Below are positions 44,451 to 54,728 of a stretch of DNA of 61,498 bases, piece by piece. Made by a program: the position numbers and the translations under genes. The first letter of the stretch is position 1, and each line of letters begins with the position of its first letter. Source of the stretch: Candidatus Woesearchaeota archaeon (GTDB lineage: Archaea > Nanobdellota > Nanobdellia > SCGC-AAA011-G17 > GW2011-AR18); assembly GCA_016179945.1 (NCBI GenBank), contig JACPCE010000004.1, positions 1 to 61,498 on the forward strand, read 5' to 3'. The notes beneath the pieces were generated by a model. It was given only the letters and a program-made list of their open reading frames with translations, was not told where the DNA came from and did not search any database.

Positions 44451-45280
44451 AACATTATGTGGGCGGACAGGCTTTAGTAGAAGGTGTAATGATTAAATAT
44501 AAAAATAGAATTGCCATTGCAGTCAGGCAGCCAAATGGAAAAATAAATGTTAAGAAGGAAAAATTAAAGTATAAAGACAGCAATATTCCTTTTATAAGGG
44601 GTATAATAAATTTATTTATTATATTATATATAGGTGTTAAATCATTAAATTATTCTGCCAACGTAAGCACTGGAAATAAGGAAAAGGTAAGCACTTTAGG
44701 AATAATTTTCAGTTTTGTATTTGCTATTGTATTTGCAATAGTGTTGTTCAAACTTCTTCCACTTGGACTTGTTTATATCTTAGACAAAAATTTTGGATTA
44801 AATAATATTGTTTTTAATATTTTAGATGGTGTTTTTAAAGTTTTATTGTTTGTTTTATATGTTTATGCTATTTCTTTTATGAAAGATGTATATAGGGTAT
44901 TTCAGTATCATGGGGCAGAGCATAAGGCTGTTGCTTGCCATGAACACAGCAATAAATTAAATATAAAAGATGTACAGAAATTTAGCAAAGAGCATATCAG
45001 GTGCGGCACTAGTTTTATTTTTTTGGTTTTATTTATTAGTATTATTGTATATACTGTTATTCCTAAAGATTATGGATTTTGGCTGAAATTTAGTTTAAGG
45101 ATTTTGTTATTGCCTATTATCGCAAGTTTGAGTTATGAATCACTTAGATTAGGTGCTAAATATAAAGCATTTAGTTTTTTTTCTTATCCTGGGTTATGGA
45201 TTCAGAAAATTACTACTAAGGAACCTGATGAGAAACAAGTTGAGGTAGCTATAAAAGCCTTGAAAGCTGCTTTAGAATAA
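44444..45280 (+). CDS. DUF1385 membrane protein (putative metallopeptidase)
   Basis: GGQALVEGVM, FQYHGAEHK, HIRCGTSF, QKITTKEP. Confidence 0.9.
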   Translation: MVKHYVGGQALVEGVMIKYKNRIAIAVRQPNGKINVKKEKLKYKDSNIPFIRGIINLFIILYIGVKSLNYSANVSTGNKEKVSTLGIIFSFVFAIVFAIVLFKLLPLGLVYILDKNFGLNNIVFNILDGVFKVLLFVLYVYAISFMKDVYRVFQYHGAEHKAVACHEHSNKLNIKDVQKFSKEHIRCGTSFIFLVLFISIIVYTVIPKDYGFWLKFSLRILLLPIIASLSYESLRLGAKYKAFSFFSYPGLWIQKITTKEPDEKQVEVAIKALKAALE

Positions 45281-45289
45281 TTCTCAAAA

Positions 45290-46189
45290 TTAATATGTTA
45301 AAATTTTCTCTGAATTCTTAATTTCAGAACCTGATAAACTAGGAATTTCAGGCAGATAACTGCTTATTAGGTCTGAAGGCAATATTTTTATTAATATATT
45401 TATAGATATTCTTTCCGGGTAAATTTTTATATTTCCATTTTTTAGTTCATCTATTAAGTATTTTGGGCCTTCTTTTTCTAAAGTTTTTTCAAGCAAAAGA
45501 AGAAAAGCCATTGTTTTAATTTGATCAGTATTCTGAAACTGTTGTTTTAATGCTTCCTGTGATAAACCTTGAGTAAGTTCTTTCGGTAGTTTATCTGTCA
45601 AAATTGGTATTGGATCATCTGATTTTAATAATTCAAATATATCTTCTTTGGTTGCAGTCAATTTTAGATCTTTAATATAAATTTCATTAACATTTCTAAA
45701 AACTTCTTTCTTTAATACAAATATTACCTTATCTTTGTTTTTCTGTATTATATCATTTTCAATTTCTATTAATTGTTTTGATGTTAATGTTGAAAATTGC
45801 TCACCTGAATCTTTGTTATTTATATTTAACTTTAAACCAAATATTAAATTATTATCTTCTAGCAGGATATATTTTGGATTATTTGAAAAGTCTTCAGAAA
45901 ATTGCATTAAGTCTAAGGCTAATATTCCACCCAATAACGGTATTATTAAAATTAAAATATTTAGCCATACTGAAAATGCAAAAAATACAGAAGCAAAACC
46001 CATCTTTATCCATTTGTAGATTAATATGTATAACATTGCTGGAAGATATACAGAAATAAATAAAATTCCAGAAATAAATAAAGGTGCTAAAATAAAAGTT
46101 AATATTGTTAATAGTAAAACAACAATAAATGTTATCCAAGCTATTCCTATTGATTTTATCTTAGATTGAACCTCTTTTGATTCTTCCAT
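45290..46189 (-). CDS. Hypothetical membrane protein
   Basis: Three N-terminal TM segments followed by a soluble domain. Confidence 0.65.
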   Translation of the reverse strand: MEESKEVQSKIKSIGIAWITFIVVLLLTILTFILAPLFISGILFISVYLPAMLYILIYKWIKMGFASVFFAFSVWLNILILIIPLLGGILALDLMQFSEDFSNNPKYILLEDNNLIFGLKLNINNKDSGEQFSTLTSKQLIEIENDIIQKNKDKVIFVLKKEVFRNVNEIYIKDLKLTATKEDIFELLKSDDPIPILTDKLPKELTQGLSQEALKQQFQNTDQIKTMAFLLLLEKTLEKEGPKYLIDELKNGNIKIYPERISINILIKILPSDLISSYLPEIPSLSGSEIKNSEKILTY

Positions 46190-46197
46190 TTAATTCT

Positions 46198-46644
46198 TTA
46201 TTTTTTCTCTGTTTTAAAAGCTTTACTTTTTGGAATAAACTGGTATATTAGAAAAGCCAATAATATTATTATAACAATACCTAAAATTATTTTTGGAAAT
46301 GGGATTTGGCTTTTATCTTCTAAATTTTGTTCTGTTACATTTGCTCCATATTTTTTAAGGGTAATACAATCATAACACTTAGTCGGGCTTAAACTATATC
46401 TGCACATATCACTATAGGATTTAATCAATATATGTTTAACATGTGGTTTTTGCTCATTAAGTTCAGTTATGTTTGTCAATGGATTTCCATCGTTTAATAT
46501 AAATGAATAATTTTGGCTATTATCTGCATATTTTGTATAACACCCATGTTCTATTAAAGGAAGATTTAAAGACAATAAAGAATCAGCAAAAACTATGCTA
46601 ACTAATAACAAAAACATTATTAATAATATTTTTAGCAGTTTCAT
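46198..46644 (-). CDS. Small secreted protein with C-terminal TM anchor
   Basis: Signal peptide, 4 Cys, C-terminal TM. Confidence 0.6.
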   Translation of the reverse strand: MKLLKILLIMFLLLVSIVFADSLLSLNLPLIEHGCYTKYADNSQNYSFILNDGNPLTNITELNEQKPHVKHILIKSYSDMCRYSLSPTKCYDCITLKKYGANVTEQNLEDKSQIPFPKIILGIVIIILLAFLIYQFIPKSKAFKTEKK

Positions 46645-46722
46645 TTTAATTAATGATAAATATACTATTTATAAAAATTACGCAAGACCAATATTTAAAT
46701 AAATTCCTATTTTCTTATTTAT

Positions 46723-48393
46723 ATGGAAAAAGTAATACAAGAATTATTGCAAAGGCTTGAGCCTGGAATTGATGTTGAGAAAGTAAAAAAAGAGCTATCA
46801 AAAAAATATAAGTTACCTAAACTACCTACAAATATAGAAATTCTAGAAGAATTAGATGATGAACAAAAAATACTATACAAAAATTTTTTAATAACCAAAC
46901 CTGTAAGAACATTATCTGGAGTTGCCCCATTAGCAATAATGACTAAACCAATTGCTTGTAGCCATGGCAAATGTATTTTTTGTCCTGGTGGACCAAAATC
47001 GATTTTTGGAGATGTCCCTCAAAGTTATACTGGAAATGAACCAAGCACTATGAGGGCAATTAGGGCAAATTATGATCCTTATTTAATTGTATTTAACAGA
47101 TTAGAGCAATATACTTTATTAAATCAGGTTCCTGATAAAACAGAAGTTATTATACAAGGGGGAACTTTTTGCAGCTTCCCAAAAGAATATCAGGAAGAAG
47201 TCATAAAATATACTTTAAAAGCCATGAATGATTTTTCAGAAATGTTCTTTGAAAATAATAAATTTAATTTTATAAAATTTAAAGAATTCTTTGAACTTCC
47301 AGGAACAATTAAGGATTCTTCAAGAACTTCTAGAATACATGAGAAATTGTTAAAACTAAAAGGAGAAACATATTTAGAGAAAGAACAATTGAGAAATGAA
47401 ACTGCAAGAATTAGAGCAGTTGCTTTGGTTATTGAAACCAAACCAGACTGGTCTAAAGAAGATGAAATAAATGAAATATTAAAGTTAGGAACAACAAGAG
47501 TAGAATTAGGGGTGCAGACTTTAAAGGAAAATATTTTAAAAATTACAAACAGAGGGCATACATTAGAAGACACTAAAGAAGCAACTAGGTTGTTAAAAGA
47601 TTCATTTTTAAAAACTACATTTCATATGATGCCTGGGCTTCCAGAATCTAATAAGGAAGAAGATATTTTAATGTTTAAAGAATTATTTGAAAATGAAGAT
47701 TATAAGCCTGATTCCTTGAAAATTTATCCTTGTCTAGTTATGCCTGGAACCCCTTTGTATTTGCAATATGAGAAAGGATTGTTTAAGCCATTAAATACTG
47801 AGGAAGCTGCTGAAATTATTTCTGATGCTGAGAAATATGTTCCTGAATATTGCAGGATTATGAGGATTAACAGAGATATACCATCAACTGTAATTAAAGA
47901 TGGAGTAATGAATACTAATTTAAGACAAATTGTTGACAAGAAAGTTTCTGATTCTGGTAGAAAATGTAGATGTATTAGGTGCAGAGAGCCCATGGGAAGA
48001 GAAGTAGATTATAATTCTATTGAAATTAAGAAATATTACTATAATTCAAGTGGTGGAAAAGAAGTATTTATTTCTATTGAAGACGTTAATAAGGATATTT
48101 TATTAGGATTTTGCAGATTAAGAAAACCTTGCAAACCATTTAGAAAGGAAATTACCGAAAGTTCTTGCGGTGTAAGAGAGTTGCATGTTTATGGAAGTTC
48201 TACAGCTCTTGATAAAGAAGGTGTTGTTCAACATAAGGGTTATGGAAAAAAATTAATGGAAGAAGCTGAGAAAATTGCAAAAGAAGAATGGAGTTGTGGC
48301 AAAATTTTAGTTATTTCTGGTATTGGAGTTAAAGAATATTATAGAAAACTTGGATACTCTAAAGATGGTGTTTATATAAGTAAAAATTTATGA
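46723..48393 (+). CDS. elp3: tRNA uridine(34) acetyltransferase (radical SAM + GNAT)
   Basis: KPVRTLSGVA, CSHGKCIFCPGG, PQSYTG.EP, RELHVYG, QHKGYG, ISGIGVKEYY. Confidence 0.96.
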   Translation: MEKVIQELLQRLEPGIDVEKVKKELSKKYKLPKLPTNIEILEELDDEQKILYKNFLITKPVRTLSGVAPLAIMTKPIACSHGKCIFCPGGPKSIFGDVPQSYTGNEPSTMRAIRANYDPYLIVFNRLEQYTLLNQVPDKTEVIIQGGTFCSFPKEYQEEVIKYTLKAMNDFSEMFFENNKFNFIKFKEFFELPGTIKDSSRTSRIHEKLLKLKGETYLEKEQLRNETARIRAVALVIETKPDWSKEDEINEILKLGTTRVELGVQTLKENILKITNRGHTLEDTKEATRLLKDSFLKTTFHMMPGLPESNKEEDILMFKELFENEDYKPDSLKIYPCLVMPGTPLYLQYEKGLFKPLNTEEAAEIISDAEKYVPEYCRIMRINRDIPSTVIKDGVMNTNLRQIVDKKVSDSGRKCRCIRCREPMGREVDYNSIEIKKYYYNSSGGKEVFISIEDVNKDILLGFCRLRKPCKPFRKEITESSCGVRELHVYGSSTALDKEGVVQHKGYGKKLMEEAEKIAKEEWSCGKILVISGIGVKEYYRKLGYSKDGVYISKNL

Positions 48394-48543
48394 TTTATTA
48401 TATTTCATAAATTCTTCATAGTATTCAAGTTCGTCAAACTCTTGTAACTCCTCACTAGCCTTCTGATAAAGCAAATATTTAATCACGGCAATATCTCTCT
48501 TCAAGATTTTTATATATTCATTTAACTCTTTTATTTCTGTCAT
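48388..48543 (-). CDS. Small acidic coiled-coil protein, 51 aa (not in ORF track)
   Basis: MTEIKELNEYIKILKRDIAVIKYLLYQKASEELQEFDELEYYEEFMKYNKS*; TATA-like element upstream on the minus strand. Confidence 0.45.
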   Translation of the reverse strand: MTEIKELNEYIKILKRDIAVIKYLLYQKASEELQEFDELEYYEEFMKYNKS

Positions 48544-48608
48544 TATTCATAATTTAATTATAAAGTTTATATTTGTTTATGTAAATTTATTGGAAATTTT
48601 TCAGAAAT

Positions 48609-49338
48609 TTATTTCACACCCATATTCCAAACAATATTGAAATAATTTCTAAATGCCTCTGCTGCTTCTTTACTTTCAATTAGAAAACCTATCGGCGTTT
48701 CAGTCCATACAATTATTGCTACGTTATCACCAAAAATTAAAGTAGCTGTCGGACTATCAAATTCTTTTGGTAGAAACCTGACATCTGAAATCTTAGTATC
48801 TCCCATTGGTGTTCCTTTCATTCTTTCAGAAACTATTAGCCTTGTTTTGATCTTCAATTTCTTTTTTCTTTTTTGAAACTGGTGAACCTAAAGTCTGTCT
48901 AAATCTTCCATGGCTTCCAAAAACCCAGTTTTCTTTATATCTTAACACCATTTCATAAATAGATTTAACAGCTTTCTTTCCTACAAAAATATGTGCTTCT
49001 TGTTTGCTCAAAGCTGATTCTTTTATCTTTTCCAGCTCTTTTACTAAATCTTCTGTACTTTGCTTTTTTTGTTTTAATTTTTGTTCTTCTTCAAATACGA
49101 AATCAAGAAATCTATTGGGATTTGTAGCTTGAAAATATCTAGTTTTTTGTTTTGTTATATAATTTACTAGGCCTTTTTCCATCAATCTTTTCAAAATATC
49201 ATATACAGTTGCTCTGTGTAGTTCAGATTTTTTAACTAATGGTCCTGTAGTTGTAGAACCTAATTTAAGAAGTTCTAAATATACTTTGGCTTCTGTTTCA
49301 GTAAGCCCTAGTTTCTGCATTATATTAATTCTATCCAT
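48609..49338 (-). pseudogene. TrmB-family regulator split by a frameshift near 48885
   Basis: HTH half (49338-48826) and C-terminal half HQFQKRKKKLKIKTRLIV...AFRNYFNIVW are in different frames; joined, they are colinear with the intact paralogue at 32731. Confidence 0.8.
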
Positions 49339-49425
49339 AAACAGAGTAATATCAAAATCTTTTTAAATGTTGTCATGTTATATGACTACACATTTTTAAA
49401 TACTTTCTTATTGTCTTCTTAAAAA

Positions 49426-50396
49426 ATGAAAAGTTATAAAATTATATTATGGTCATTGGTATTTTTATTAGTGATAACGGGCATTGTAATAGCTCTAATT
49501 CCTGGGGAAAACAATGAACAAATACAGGGCTTAGAAAAAATTAAAGTTGCGTATAAACCTACTTCACATTATTTATCTGTATTTATAGCTAAGGAAAATG
49601 GCTTCTTTTTAGAAGAAGGACTAGATGCTGAACTAATTAATTTTGACAGTTCAAATCAGGCAATGGATGCTTTACTAAATGGACAAGTTGATGTTTCTAG
49701 GGGTGGTTTATTTCTACAATTAAAAATTGAGGCTGAAAAACCAGGACAAATAAAAACCTTCTTGGTTAATAATCAATCTAAAGAAAATTTTGTTGATTAT
49801 ATTATTATTAATAAGGATTCTGGTATAAATTCCATTTATGACTTAAAAGGTAAAAAAATTGGTACTAATACTGGTTTAATTGAAGAGAGTTATATAAAAC
49901 AAATTTTAAAATATTTTAACTTAGAGAATGATGTACAAGTTATTGGAATTAAACCTGCTTTGGTACCTAATGCTTTAGAAACGAAACAAGTTGATGCAAT
50001 TTTTGTTTATGAACCAGAAGCAAATATTGCAATAAACAAAGGCTTTGGAAGGGTGTTGATTGGGCATCCTGTTGAAAATTACCTATTAAATCCTTGGATA
50101 GGTGGGGGGGTTTACATTAAAGCTTCTTTAATAAAAGAAAATCCTAAAAAAAAAAAAAAAATAATGAATGCTTTTTACAAAGCTGGACAATTTATAAAAC
50201 ATAATCCTGATGAATCTAAAATAATATTGGCTAAATATACAGGTCTTGATCAAACTATAAATTACATGTACTTCCGGAGTATTCATCTTCAGACCCAGGA
50301 ATTAAGGAAGCTGCACAACAACATTCAGATTTTTTGTATAATAACGGATTATTACCTAGAAAAGTTGATGTGGGTGATTTATTATATGCAATATGA
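49426..50396 (+). pseudogene. NitT/TauT (SsuA-like) ABC substrate-binding protein, frameshifted near 50255-50270
   Basis: Typical SBP motifs (ENGFF.EEGLD, DLKGKKIG, VDA...EP); family-like C-terminus QQHSDFLYNNGLLPRKVDVGDLL is in another frame ending in an ATGA overlap at 50393-50396. Confidence 0.75.
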
Positions 50397-51082
50397 TAGA
50401 AATAAAGAATTTAGAGAAAAAATATGGGAATTTAGTAGTTTTGAAAGATATAAATCTAAAGATAAATAAAAATGAATTTATAACTATTTTTGGGCCCAAC
50501 GGTTGTGGAAAAAGCACATTGCTTAATATTATAAGTGGATTAGAAACTTACAATGGTCTAATTAAAAAAGATGAAAATTTGAAATTTAGTTTTGTATTTC
50601 AGAACTATTCTGAATCTTTATTGCCTTGGAAAAATGTATACGATAACATTAATTTAAACTGTGTTAATAATACTAAAGCATTGGATTTACTAAAAACTTT
50701 GGGATTGGTTGAGTATGAGAATTTTTATCCTTATCAGTTATCTGGCGGTTTACAGCAGAAAGTTGCTATTGCAAGAGCATTTCTTAATAATCCAAATATT
50801 ATTTTTTTAGATGAACCATTTTCTTCTTTGGATTACAGTACTTCTAGAACTTTAATGTTAGAATTAATGAATTTGTGGGAAAGAGAAAGAAAGACTGTTG
50901 TATTTGTATCACATGATATTGATGAAGCAATAATGTTGGCTGACAGAGTAATTATACTTAGCAATAAGCCCTCTAAAATAAAAGGAGAAATTAGAGTAAA
51001 TTTACCTAGACCAAGAAATTTGAAATTATTAAATGATAATAAATTTTTAAGGATAAAAAACAAAGTTTTAAAACTAATTTAA
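50393..51082 (+). CDS. NitT/TauT ABC transporter ATP-binding protein
   Basis: GPNGCGKST, LLPWKNV, LSGG, FLDEPFSSLD, SHDIDEA. Confidence 0.93.
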   Translation: MIEIKNLEKKYGNLVVLKDINLKINKNEFITIFGPNGCGKSTLLNIISGLETYNGLIKKDENLKFSFVFQNYSESLLPWKNVYDNINLNCVNNTKALDLLKTLGLVEYENFYPYQLSGGLQQKVAIARAFLNNPNIIFLDEPFSSLDYSTSRTLMLELMNLWERERKTVVFVSHDIDEAIMLADRVIILSNKPSKIKGEIRVNLPRPRNLKLLNDNKFLRIKNKVLKLI

Positions 51083-51083
51083 A

Positions 51084-51827
51084 ATGAGAAAATTATATAG
51101 AATTATATTTGGAATAATTATTTTAATTTTTATTTGGGAAATAATAGTTCTGTTATCTGGATCTATTTTTTTACCATCTTCATTTGAGATTGGTAAGGGC
51201 TTTGTTAAACTCTTGGACAATATTTATTTTTATTCTGACATTGGAGCTACATTAATAAGGATGTTTTTAGGTTTGATTATTTCAATATTAATTGGCATTC
51301 CATTGGGGTTATTTTTTGGTTACTATGGAAGAATTTATTTGTTATTTGAATTCATTATAGATTTTTTAAGAAGTATTCCCCCTCCTACTTTATTTCCCTT
51401 ATTTATGTTAATATTTGGAATAGGAAATGTTTCTAAAATAGCACCAGTTGTTTTTATGTGTACTTTTTTTATTTTAATCAATACTATGTATGGTGTAAAA
51501 AATGTAAAAGATATACGCTTAAAAACCGGCAAATTGTTTAGACTGTCTAAATTTTCTTTAGTAAAAAATATTATAATTCCTGAAGCCCTGCCTTATATAG
51601 CCGCTGGTTTGAGAATTTCCATATCTTTATCATTGATATTATCTATTGTGTTTGAGATGTTTGTTGGAACTAAATATGGTATTGGGCAAAGAATAATAAA
51701 TTTTCAATTATTATATGATATACCTGAAATGTATGCAATGATTATAGTTGCTGGATTATTTGGATATATTGTAAATAATGTTTTTGTATATTATGAAAAG
51801 AAAACAATACACTGGAGTGGAAAATAA
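51084..51827 (+). CDS. NitT/TauT ABC transporter permease
   Basis: Multi-TM; RSIPP, IIPEALPYI.AGLR. Confidence 0.9.
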   Translation: MRKLYRIIFGIIILIFIWEIIVLLSGSIFLPSSFEIGKGFVKLLDNIYFYSDIGATLIRMFLGLIISILIGIPLGLFFGYYGRIYLLFEFIIDFLRSIPPPTLFPLFMLIFGIGNVSKIAPVVFMCTFFILINTMYGVKNVKDIRLKTGKLFRLSKFSLVKNIIIPEALPYIAAGLRISISLSLILSIVFEMFVGTKYGIGQRIINFQLLYDIPEMYAMIIVAGLFGYIVNNVFVYYEKKTIHWSGK

Positions 51828-51879
51828 ACTAAATTTCCTTAATCTCAAACTTAATAAATAATTGATTATTATTAATATT

Positions 51880-52527
51880 ATGATTAAAGCAGTAATTTTT
51901 GATATGGATGGTGTAATTTTTGACACAGAACCAATAGGATATGAAGCTACAAAAAAATTATTTAAATTATACAATAAAGATTTAAAATTTAAAGATGTAA
52001 TTCCTTATTTTGGAACTGGTGTAAAGAATTACGTTGGGAGTGTAGCTAAAAAATATAAAGTAAATGAAGATATGGAAACTTTAATGAAAAAAAGGAGAAA
52101 ATATTTTTTACAAATAGCAAAGAAAAGATTAATGGTCTTTCCAGGCGTAATTAATTTAATTAAAATTCTAAAGAATAATAAAATAAAAATAGCACTAGCA
52201 ACTGCATCTTCAATTAGATCTGTAAAATATAATTTTAAGATAACAAAACTAAATATTAAATTATTTGATGTTGTAATTACAAGAAATGATGTGAAAAAAT
52301 TGAAACCAAATCCTGAAATATTTATAGCTGCAATAGAAAAATTAAAAGTAAAGCATAACGAAACTGTTGTTGTAGAAGATGCTGTTTCTGGAATAATTGC
52401 TGCAAAAAGAGCCAAAACTAAGGTTATAGCTATAGCAAATTCTTCGCAAAAGAATAAATTAAAAATGGCTGATTTGGTTGTTAATTCATTTAAAGAAATA
52501 ACATTAAGAAAATTGGATAATTTGTAA
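51880..52527 (+). CDS. HAD-family phosphatase (beta-PGM/CbbY-like)
   Basis: IFDMDGV, ATAS, KPNPEIF, VEDA..G; start reassigned to ATG 51880. Confidence 0.92.
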   Translation: MIKAVIFDMDGVIFDTEPIGYEATKKLFKLYNKDLKFKDVIPYFGTGVKNYVGSVAKKYKVNEDMETLMKKRRKYFLQIAKKRLMVFPGVINLIKILKNNKIKIALATASSIRSVKYNFKITKLNIKLFDVVITRNDVKKLKPNPEIFIAAIEKLKVKHNETVVVEDAVSGIIAAKRAKTKVIAIANSSQKNKLKMADLVVNSFKEITLRKLDNL

Positions 52528-53460
52528 TTATTTTCTTAAATATTTTTTATACATAGCTGCAATAAATTCAAAATCTTTATCATAATTTATTTCGTCAAAC
52601 AATATTTCTTCTTCAGGATTATTTTCCTTTACTTCTTCTATTATGTAATTAAAAGTTTCTATTTTCTCATTTTCAACTATTTCAGCATTAACATCTACAA
52701 GAACAAATGGAATTTCATTTTTTAATTCCATTCTTTCATTGTACTTGTATGCACTAAATCCTGTCAAGCACAGCATTGATGCTGCTGCAAGAAATTTAAG
52801 AAATGAGTTAAAATTTTTACTTCTTTTTACTGGGGGCCAAGTTATATCACAACAATTACTAAGATCTGGTGGTGTGTAATAATTATATCTTGTATTTTTA
52901 AATGCTTGTTTGTTGTTATTCCATCTTACCCTAAAAAAATTACAAAAGTCATGAACTTCCTTATCTGTGTATATTTTGTAAGTTGGGTGGTTAATTCCAA
53001 ATTTCTTATATGTTATATCTACTAAAGTTATATTTTGACTGTTTAAATAAATTCCTGCACAAACATGGGGTGTTTTTTGTCCTACATTATCTTCATATAC
53101 ATCAACAAATCTTGCATCTATTCCTGCTAGCCTGGCCATAACTACATAAAGGAAAGTAAAATCAACGCATACACCCATTCTATCTTTAAATGTTTGACTA
53201 GCACTTCTATAACTATAATAAGCCAGCTCTGTTTTATCATATCTTAAATTTTCTAAACACCATTCGTATAATCTTAATGCCTTATCAGTACTTTCTTCAG
53301 GACAATTTTTTATAATATCCCATGTGGTATCAAGAACTTCTCTTGTTGCATCATATGGCGGTGAATTTAATTTTAATTTTTTTGCCCTTCTATCAAACTC
53401 TTTTCTAGATTCTAACAAACTATCATAATTAACTATATCTTCTAGTCTAGATTCATTCAT
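52528..53460 (-). CDS. Transglutaminase-like Cys protease domain with C-terminal TM
   Basis: Triad GVCVDF...HVC...DIT; TM FLAAASMLCLTGFSAY. Confidence 0.8.
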   Translation of the reverse strand: MNESRLEDIVNYDSLLESRKEFDRRAKKLKLNSPPYDATREVLDTTWDIIKNCPEESTDKALRLYEWCLENLRYDKTELAYYSYRSASQTFKDRMGVCVDFTFLYVVMARLAGIDARFVDVYEDNVGQKTPHVCAGIYLNSQNITLVDITYKKFGINHPTYKIYTDKEVHDFCNFFRVRWNNNKQAFKNTRYNYYTPPDLSNCCDITWPPVKRSKNFNSFLKFLAAASMLCLTGFSAYKYNERMELKNEIPFVLVDVNAEIVENEKIETFNYIIEEVKENNPEEEILFDEINYDKDFEFIAAMYKKYLRK

Positions 53461-53516
53461 AAATTGTATTTTATTTTAGAGTTTAAATTCTCAATTAAAG
53501 AATTTCTGAAAAATTT

Positions 53517-53939
53517 TCAATCTGTTAATAAGTCATACATTTCCGAGAATAAACTTTTAGATTTTTTATCTTTGGGAATTTTAGTATTTTTTGCTGTGTT
53601 TGAATCGTAACAGAAAAATGCTCTTTCCTTTGGTGTAAAATTACTAAAATTATATTGGGCTGAACCAACCATTATGCCGTATTTTCTTGAATATATTGGC
53701 AGGTTATTTTCATTAAGTTTCAAATAGGTTTCTAGGTTACCTTCATTGTTTTTACTATGTTTTACTTCTAATCTTAGTGATCTTCTTTTATCTACAAACC
53801 CTTCTTCAACATTAGAATCATAAAATCTAAGACCATGAACAACCTTTTCTACTCTATCATGGTTTGTGTATGTTAAACCAGCTACAGTCAAACCTACTAA
53901 AGGCCATTTGATTAATGATGCAATAAGTTTTAATACCAT
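53517..53939 (-). CDS. Hypothetical protein with N-terminal TM/signal
   Basis: Hydrophobic N-terminus. Confidence 0.6.
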   Translation of the reverse strand: MVLKLIASLIKWPLVGLTVAGLTYTNHDRVEKVVHGLRFYDSNVEEGFVDKRRSLRLEVKHSKNNEGNLETYLKLNENNLPIYSRKYGIMVGSAQYNFSNFTPKERAFFCYDSNTAKNTKIPKDKKSKSLFSEMYDLLTD

Positions 53940-54069
53940 AAATATTACTTTGTTCTCAAACTTAAAATAGGTTTTGTAGAAATTTTTGAAAAATTTTCAG
54001 AAATAGTGAAAATTATATTATTATTTTAGACAACTAAACGTTTATAAATTCAATTTTATCTTTAATTCT

Positions 54070-54354
54070 ATGGAAATTAACAAAGAATTAATATTAAAAG
54101 TAGCTAAAAATTCCAGAATAAAATTGACAGATAAAGAAATCGAAGAATTTGTTCCGCAATTTAAGGAAATACTAAATTCTTTTTCTGAATTAGATAAAAT
54201 CAATACTGAAAATGTTAATCCAAGTTTTCACCCTGTAGATATAAGAAATGCTTTAAGAGAAGATAAACCTAAAGATTCTATCCCAACTGAAGAATTATTA
54301 AAGAATGCAAAACATAAAAAAGGAAATTACTTTTTAGGACCAAAAGCACTATGA
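54070..54354 (+). CDS. gatC: Asp/Glu-tRNA amidotransferase subunit C
   Basis: VAKNSRIKL..EI...IL..F..L...LRED...NA......YF.GP. Confidence 0.92.
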   Translation: MEINKELILKVAKNSRIKLTDKEIEEFVPQFKEILNSFSELDKINTENVNPSFHPVDIRNALREDKPKDSIPTEELLKNAKHKKGNYFLGPKAL

Positions 54355-54728
54355 AAGCACTATCAATGATGCAACCAGTTCCAGAATTAATTTTACAGAA
54401 AAAAAAGACTATTGAAACAAGAACCTGGAAATCTAATTTTTTAGGTGAGTTTTATCTTCATGCTTCTAATGGTATTATTCAAGAAATGTTAGATAGATTT
54501 GAGTTTGATAAAGAAAGACTGATTAAAGGAGCAATTGTTGGAAAGGCAGAAATTACTGGTTTAAAAGTTTATAATAATTTAGAGGAATTTAATAAGGATT
54601 TTAGGAAACATTTAGTTGAAATTCCAAAAAAATTACCAAGTTATGGTTATGTTCTAGAAAATGTTCAAAGACTAGAAAAACCACTTAAATTAAAGGGAAA
54701 ATTAAATTTTTTTGATTTTAAAATATGA
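54351..54728 (+). CDS. ASCH-domain protein
   Basis: MKALSMMQP..ELI...KKTIETRTW...LHAS...GAIVG...KGKLNFF. Confidence 0.88.
   Translation: MKALSMMQPVPELILQKKKTIETRTWKSNFLGEFYLHASNGIIQEMLDRFEFDKERLIKGAIVGKAEITGLKVYNNLEEFNKDFRKHLVEIPKKLPSYGYVLENVQRLEKPLKLKGKLNFFDFKI

Noticed and set aside
50146-50161. Poly-A phase-variation switch as the cause of the SBP frameshift
   Set aside because: The family-like frame continues ~30 codons past the tract, so the shift lies downstream
53498-54005. Recurrent GAAATTTTTCAGAAA-like intergenic words (also ~17722, 43611, 48593)
   Set aside because: Low-complexity AT-rich sequence; not distinguishable from background by eye
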